From: Maribacter sp. | Lineage (GTDB): Bacteria; Bacteroidota; Bacteroidia; Flavobacteriales; Flavobacteriaceae | DNA length: 64,000 nucleotides | Reading direction: 5' to 3' | NCBI GenBank assembly: GCA_030636725.1 | Contig: DAOVWJ010000001.1 | Span: forward strand, 10,207 to 74,206 | In this document: piece by piece, positions 59,602 to 64,000 of the stretch | How positions within the stretch are numbered: the stretch's first letter is position 1 | Layout of the letters: each line of letters opens with the position of its first letter | The notes under the pieces: generated by a model | Told to the model about the DNA's origin: nothing | Database searches by the model: none | Seen by the model: only the letters and a program-made list of their open reading frames with translations | Made by a program: the position numbers and the translations under genes

Positions 59602-60207
59602 TTAGGCAGTTAACTTCAAAGCATCTTTCAATATTGTGCTACTAACATTGGCAGTATACGAAAAATACTCCATTGCACAGCTCACTTTTGGATATCTGCC
59701 ACGCCAATCATCACCTACTGATATGGCATCAATCATATAAGTATCTACTATTCGCTGTTTATCCTTATCTTCTTGAGGAATTACTTCATCAACAAGTCCA
59801 ATAGACTGTACCACTTTAATTCTTTCGTTAAAAGGAATAACGGGTTTCCGACCTTTTTCCTTTTCAATAAGTTCATCGGTAGAAACACCAACAATTAAGT
59901 AATCACAAAGTTCCTTGGATTTGATAAGAATATTCAAATGGCCATAATGGAATATATCAAAACACCCAGACGTATACATTCTATTATACTTTGCTTTGCT
60001 ATTGGCTTTGGCGATTATTTTAAAACCCTCAATATCAATTGTCCATTTCTTTCCAGGAACATTGGTATACAAATAATCAATAATTGTCGGAATTTCATCT
60101 TCATTATCCATTGTATTAGATACTAAGACAATCTCTTTGGGCGTAATTTTAGAAATACGCCAATTAATAAACCTTGACCTCAGTTTACATAAATCTAAAT
60201 CACCCAT
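59602..60207 (-). CDS. Cytidylyltransferase, TagD-like, with N-terminal extension
   Basis: GCFDIFHYGH (HxGH), LIVGVSTDE, VGDDW, VSST. Confidence 0.85.
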   Translation of the reverse strand: MGDLDLCKLRSRFINWRISKITPKEIVLVSNTMDNEDEIPTIIDYLYTNVPGKKWTIDIEGFKIIAKANSKAKYNRMYTSGCFDIFHYGHLNILIKSKELCDYLIVGVSTDELIEKEKGRKPVIPFNERIKVVQSIGLVDEVIPQEDKDKQRIVDTYMIDAISVGDDWRGRYPKVSCAMEYFSYTANVSSTILKDALKLTA

Positions 60208-60416
60208 ATATTTTATAACAAATCGGTGGCAAAACTACAAAATCAAAATTAAAATGAGCTATTGCAGTGGTATTTGAAGTTTGGTTGTACTAATTTTTCT
60301 ATTTCAATTCTAAATAAAACCAGTAACTTTGTTGACCATAAGCATGGTTATAATAGGGTATACTATAAAGTTGAAAACCTTATTTAACTAATTACCTGCT
60401 TTTTACAACACAACCT

Positions 60417-61100
60417 ATGAAAATTGTTATCCTGGCTGCAGGTATTGGTTCCAGATTGGGCAATCCGTTTCCCAAACCTTTGACTCCCTTAAACAATGGT
60501 AAAAGTATAATGGGCCTGCAAATAGATAACATTGCACAACATTTCAGTACAGACGACATTAGCATTGTTGTGGGTTTCAAGAAAGATTTGATTATGGAAC
60601 GTTTTCCAGAAGTCACATACGTATATAATCCCTTCTTTGACCGTACGAATACTTCGAAAAGTCTTTTAAAAGCTTTAACCAAAAGTAGGGACAAATCGGT
60701 GCTTTGGCTTAATGGCGATGTTGTTTTTGATGTGAATCTGTTAAACAAATTACGTCCCTATATCAATAAAGGGCAATCTTTTGTTGCTGTAAATACAAGC
60801 AAAGTGGCTGAGGAGGAAGTGAAATACACATTAAAGGACAACTATATCAATACGCTTTCAAAAACTGTGAAAAATGGTCTTGGAGAAGCTGTAGGGATAA
60901 ATTTCATTGCAGCCACCGACATTAAACAATTGATCAGCAGACTGGAAGAATGCGATGACAATGATTATTTTGAACGGGGATTGGAAATTGCAATTGAAAA
61001 AGATGGCTTACAAATTAGCGCGGTCGATATTTCTGAATTCGATTGTCTGGAGGTTGATTTTAAGGAAGATTTGGAGAATGCAAACAATCTCTTCAGATAA
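60417..61100 (+). CDS. NTP transferase, LicC/phosphocholine cytidylyltransferase-like
   Basis: ILAAGIGSRLG..PKPL; NGDVVF; EVDFKEDL. Confidence 0.82.
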   Translation: MKIVILAAGIGSRLGNPFPKPLTPLNNGKSIMGLQIDNIAQHFSTDDISIVVGFKKDLIMERFPEVTYVYNPFFDRTNTSKSLLKALTKSRDKSVLWLNGDVVFDVNLLNKLRPYINKGQSFVAVNTSKVAEEEVKYTLKDNYINTLSKTVKNGLGEAVGINFIAATDIKQLISRLEECDDNDYFERGLEIAIEKDGLQISAVDISEFDCLEVDFKEDLENANNLFR

Positions 61101-62935
61101 TGAAGGCCATACTTTTTTGTCAAAATGCCTATGCTTTTGGCATTATGGCACCTATTCGAGATGTATTGAAGTCTGGATCTCACGAATTCCTATGGTATAT
61201 CCCAAAAAAATTACTGGAGATTTTTCCCAATAAAAAGGAAAGTTTCACGACAAGTATTCTTGATTTACAGCTATTTGGTGGCGATATGATATTTGTTCCG
61301 GGCAATGAAGTACCTTATTATCTAAAGGGGGTTAAAATTCAGATATTCCATGGTCTTGCAGGAGAGAAAAAAGGACATTTTAGAATACGGCACTACTTTG
61401 ACCTATACTTAACACAGGGACCCTATTTTACTGAAAAATTCAAGGAACTCAAGGCAAAGTACAATGATTTTGATGTAGTGGAAACCGGTTGGTCCAAATT
61501 GGATATATTTAGTAAAAATCTAAATACTTTCAATCTTGAAAAAGACGAAATACTCAAGACATATAAAACGGATACCTTGGTTCTTTATGCCCCTACCTTC
61601 TCCCCAAGCTTAACATCTGCACCATTTTTGCTGGAGGAGATAGAAAAATTGGCACTTAAGACCGGATTTCTTATTTACATTAAGTTCCATGATCTAATGG
61701 ACAGGGATTGGATTATCAATTACAGGAAATTGTCCGAACGTATACCAAATATTATTTTTCAAGAGGAGAAAAACATCGTCAAATTTCTGCTTCAAGCTGA
61801 TATTTTAATTAGTGATACCTCTTCCGTTATCTATGAATTTCTCCTGTTAGATAAACCTGTGATTTCGTTTAAGAACATTGCTGAAAATATTCAATGGGAT
61901 AATTCAATCTCCTATTCCAACCTTCCAGAAAGGGTTCTTGATAATCTGAACAACGATCCTTTCGCTGAGCAACGAGACTTGATTAATCAGCAATTCCATC
62001 CCTATAAAGATGGAAAATCAGCACACAGAATGCTCGAGGCCGTAGCCTACCATATTACAACAAATGGTGTTCCAAATAGCAGGAAATTATCTACTGCTCG
62101 AAAGTTGAAGATCCAAGCGATTTTCGGAAAGCCGGTTTTGAATGTTTGGGATGGAAACAAAAAAAATAAAATCACGACCCTTCTTATAACTTATAATGAG
62201 GCCAATAATATCGTTCCTGTCTTAGAGAACATAGGGTTTGCCGATGAGATTATTGTCATAGACTCATTTAGCACGGATAAAACCGTTGAAAAAGTCAAGG
62301 AGTTTCCAAATGTAAAACTGATTCAAAGGGAATTCAAGAACTATACGGACCAAAAGTCATTTGCCATGGCGCAAGCGACAAATGATTGGATTTTGTTTAT
62401 GGATGCTGATGAACGTCTGACCGATAGATTAAAAAATGAAATCCTAAAGACAGTCAATGCCAAAAGTCCGGATATTGTCGCCTATATGTTTTTGCGTACT
62501 TTCATGTTCAAAAACAAAGTATTAAGATTTAGTGGATGGCAAAACGATAAAAATTATCGCCTTTTTAGAAAGAATAAAGTCCATTTTGATGAAGAACGGA
62601 TTGTTCATGAAACGCTTATAGTCAAAGGTGAATCTGGTGTATTGAAAAACAGATTGATCCACTACTCTTACAGAAGTTATGAGGACTACAAAGGCAAAAT
62701 GGTCAAATATGGCCAAATGAAGGCCATCGAAGAATATAAAAAAGGTAAAAGGGCTTATCCCTATCATTTTGTATTTAGACCGTTGTACAGATTTCTAAAG
62801 CACTATATATTTAGGTTAGGCATTTTAGATGGTAAAAAAGGTGTTACCATCTGCTATCTAAATGCTTTGGGTGTATATTCGAGATATAAAGAATTGAAAC
62901 GTCTCCGATTATTGGACAAACCTAAGGAGCCATGA
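61100..62935 (+). CDS. Fusion of a CDP-glycerol glycerophosphotransferase (TagF-like) domain and a GT2 domain
   Basis: QIFHG, LYAPTF, KFH, ADILISDTSSVIYEFLLLDKP; followed by ITYNE..DSFSTD..MDADE. Confidence 0.85.
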   Translation: MKAILFCQNAYAFGIMAPIRDVLKSGSHEFLWYIPKKLLEIFPNKKESFTTSILDLQLFGGDMIFVPGNEVPYYLKGVKIQIFHGLAGEKKGHFRIRHYFDLYLTQGPYFTEKFKELKAKYNDFDVVETGWSKLDIFSKNLNTFNLEKDEILKTYKTDTLVLYAPTFSPSLTSAPFLLEEIEKLALKTGFLIYIKFHDLMDRDWIINYRKLSERIPNIIFQEEKNIVKFLLQADILISDTSSVIYEFLLLDKPVISFKNIAENIQWDNSISYSNLPERVLDNLNNDPFAEQRDLINQQFHPYKDGKSAHRMLEAVAYHITTNGVPNSRKLSTARKLKIQAIFGKPVLNVWDGNKKNKITTLLITYNEANNIVPVLENIGFADEIIVIDSFSTDKTVEKVKEFPNVKLIQREFKNYTDQKSFAMAQATNDWILFMDADERLTDRLKNEILKTVNAKSPDIVAYMFLRTFMFKNKVLRFSGWQNDKNYRLFRKNKVHFDEERIVHETLIVKGESGVLKNRLIHYSYRSYEDYKGKMVKYGQMKAIEEYKKGKRAYPYHFVFRPLYRFLKHYIFRLGILDGKKGVTICYLNALGVYSRYKELKRLRLLDKPKEP

Positions 62936-63501
62936 ATGATCAAACAGTCGAAATCAATAACTGCATTGACATCCTCTCCAAAGGAGGATTGATTCTTTAC
63001 CCAACGGATACCGTATGGGGTATCGGCTGTGATGCTACCAACGAAGAAGCCGTTAAAACAGTATTTGAGCTGAAGCGTAGACAGGACAGTCAGGCACTGA
63101 TTTGTTTGGTTGCAAATGATGCCATGCTGGAAAGGTATGTGGAAAAAGTCCCTGATGTCGCCTATGATATTTTGGATTTGGCCACCAAACCAACAACTAT
63201 AATTTATGACAATCCAAATGGGATTGCCCAAAATGCCACTGGTCAAAACAAAACTATGGCCATTCGGGTAGCTTCGGATATATTTTGCCAGTATTTGATC
63301 AACAAATTCAAAAAACCCATAATTTCAACTTCAGCCAATGTAACTGGGGAGCCTACCCCTGATGGCTTTCACGAAATCAGCAATGTTATTTTAAAAGGTG
63401 TTGACTATATCGTAAATTTGCAGCACGATAAAAAAAATGGAACTTCCTCCTCTATCATCAAATTGAGTAACGATGGTATTGTAAAGGTGATTCGCGAATA
63501 A
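62932..63501 (+). CDS. tsaC: L-threonylcarbamoyladenylate synthase (Sua5/YrdC)
   Basis: YPTDTVWGIGCDA, KRR, PIISTSAN. Confidence 0.92.
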   Translation: MNDQTVEINNCIDILSKGGLILYPTDTVWGIGCDATNEEAVKTVFELKRRQDSQALICLVANDAMLERYVEKVPDVAYDILDLATKPTTIIYDNPNGIAQNATGQNKTMAIRVASDIFCQYLINKFKKPIISTSANVTGEPTPDGFHEISNVILKGVDYIVNLQHDKKNGTSSSIIKLSNDGIVKVIRE

Positions 63502-63503
63502 TA

Positions 63504-64000
63504 ATGCCAGAAAACCAAAAGAAAGCACTTCAAGACCCTATTTTTTCAATATTGGCAGAGGCTGCCGACGAACTTTCGGTCGACTGCTTTGTTATAGGTG
63601 GTTTTGTGCGCGATTACCTCCTTCAAAGAGGGATGCCCAAAGATATTGATGTTGTGGCCGTAGGTAGTGGAATTGAGTTGGCAAAAAGTGTGGCATCTAA
63701 ACTTCCAGGAAATCCAAAAATATCCATTTTTAAGAATTTTGGAACGGCCATGATCAAACATAATGATCTTGAGCTGGAATTCGTTGGGGCAAGAAAAGAA
63801 AGTTACAATCGGGATAGCAGAAAGCCAGTTGTTGAAAACGGTTCGCTTGAAGATGATCAAAAAAGGAGGGATTTTACGATCAATGCCCTAGCATTTTCGC
63901 TTTGCAAAAGAAATTTCGGGGAATTATTGGATCCATTCGACGGAGTTCAGGATCTTGGAAAAAAAATCATACGAACCCCATTGGAGCCAGGAGTAACATA
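63504..64000 (+). CDS. cca: CCA tRNA nucleotidyltransferase (3' truncated by window edge; absent from the ORF track)
   Basis: Manual translation from ATG 63504: MPENQKK..VIGGFVRDYLL..KDIDVV..FKNFGTAM..ARKESY..DQKRRDFTINALA..DPFDG. Confidence 0.92.
   Translation, partial: MPENQKKALQDPIFSILAEAADELSVDCFVIGGFVRDYLLQRGMPKDIDVVAVGSGIELAKSVASKLPGNPKISIFKNFGTAMIKHNDLELEFVGARKESYNRDSRKPVVENGSLEDDQKRRDFTINALAFSLCKRNFGELLDPFDGVQDLGKKIIRTPLEPGVT

Noticed and set aside
603-63860. Numerous short antisense or frame-shifted ORFs nested in long genes (e.g. 4219-4701, 22358-22825, 34298-34807, 63546-63860)
   Set aside because: They overlap well-supported genes and have no recognisable motifs; treated as shadow ORFs.

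Overview
A 64 kb AT-rich chromosomal window from a member of the Flavobacteriaceae (Bacteroidota). This assignment rests on gene content, TAnnTTTG promoter boxes and A-x-A/Q signal peptides. Housekeeping genes (def, ruvX, dapD, tsaC, cca, mazG, msrA, meaB, galM) alternate with accessory blocks: secreted hydrolases and oxidoreductases, two sulfatases, a lipid A/envelope modification set, and a LicD/LicC/TagD/TagF-like surface-glycan locus. No rRNA, tRNA, CRISPR array or transposase was seen. The main unexplained structure lies at 2.5-11.9 kb: four paralogous small genes (72-85 aa), each with a signal peptide, a variable linker and a conserved cationic C-terminal motif (YKF[KQ]xx[RK][IV]KxALxFxTKxxxxKL[AS]). 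Each sits about 80 bp downstream of the same five-box operator array (CGATGAA-like heptamers spaced 19/21/28/20-21 bp, the last two inverted), which resembles LytTR-type binding sites. Two of these gene+operator units form direct repeats flanking a two-sulfatase cassette. The window also holds three MITE-like elements. Two are exactly 160 bp with different terminal inverted repeats around a shared structured core reminiscent of the Flavo-1 RNA motif. Product calls come from motif recognition only; no database searches were run.
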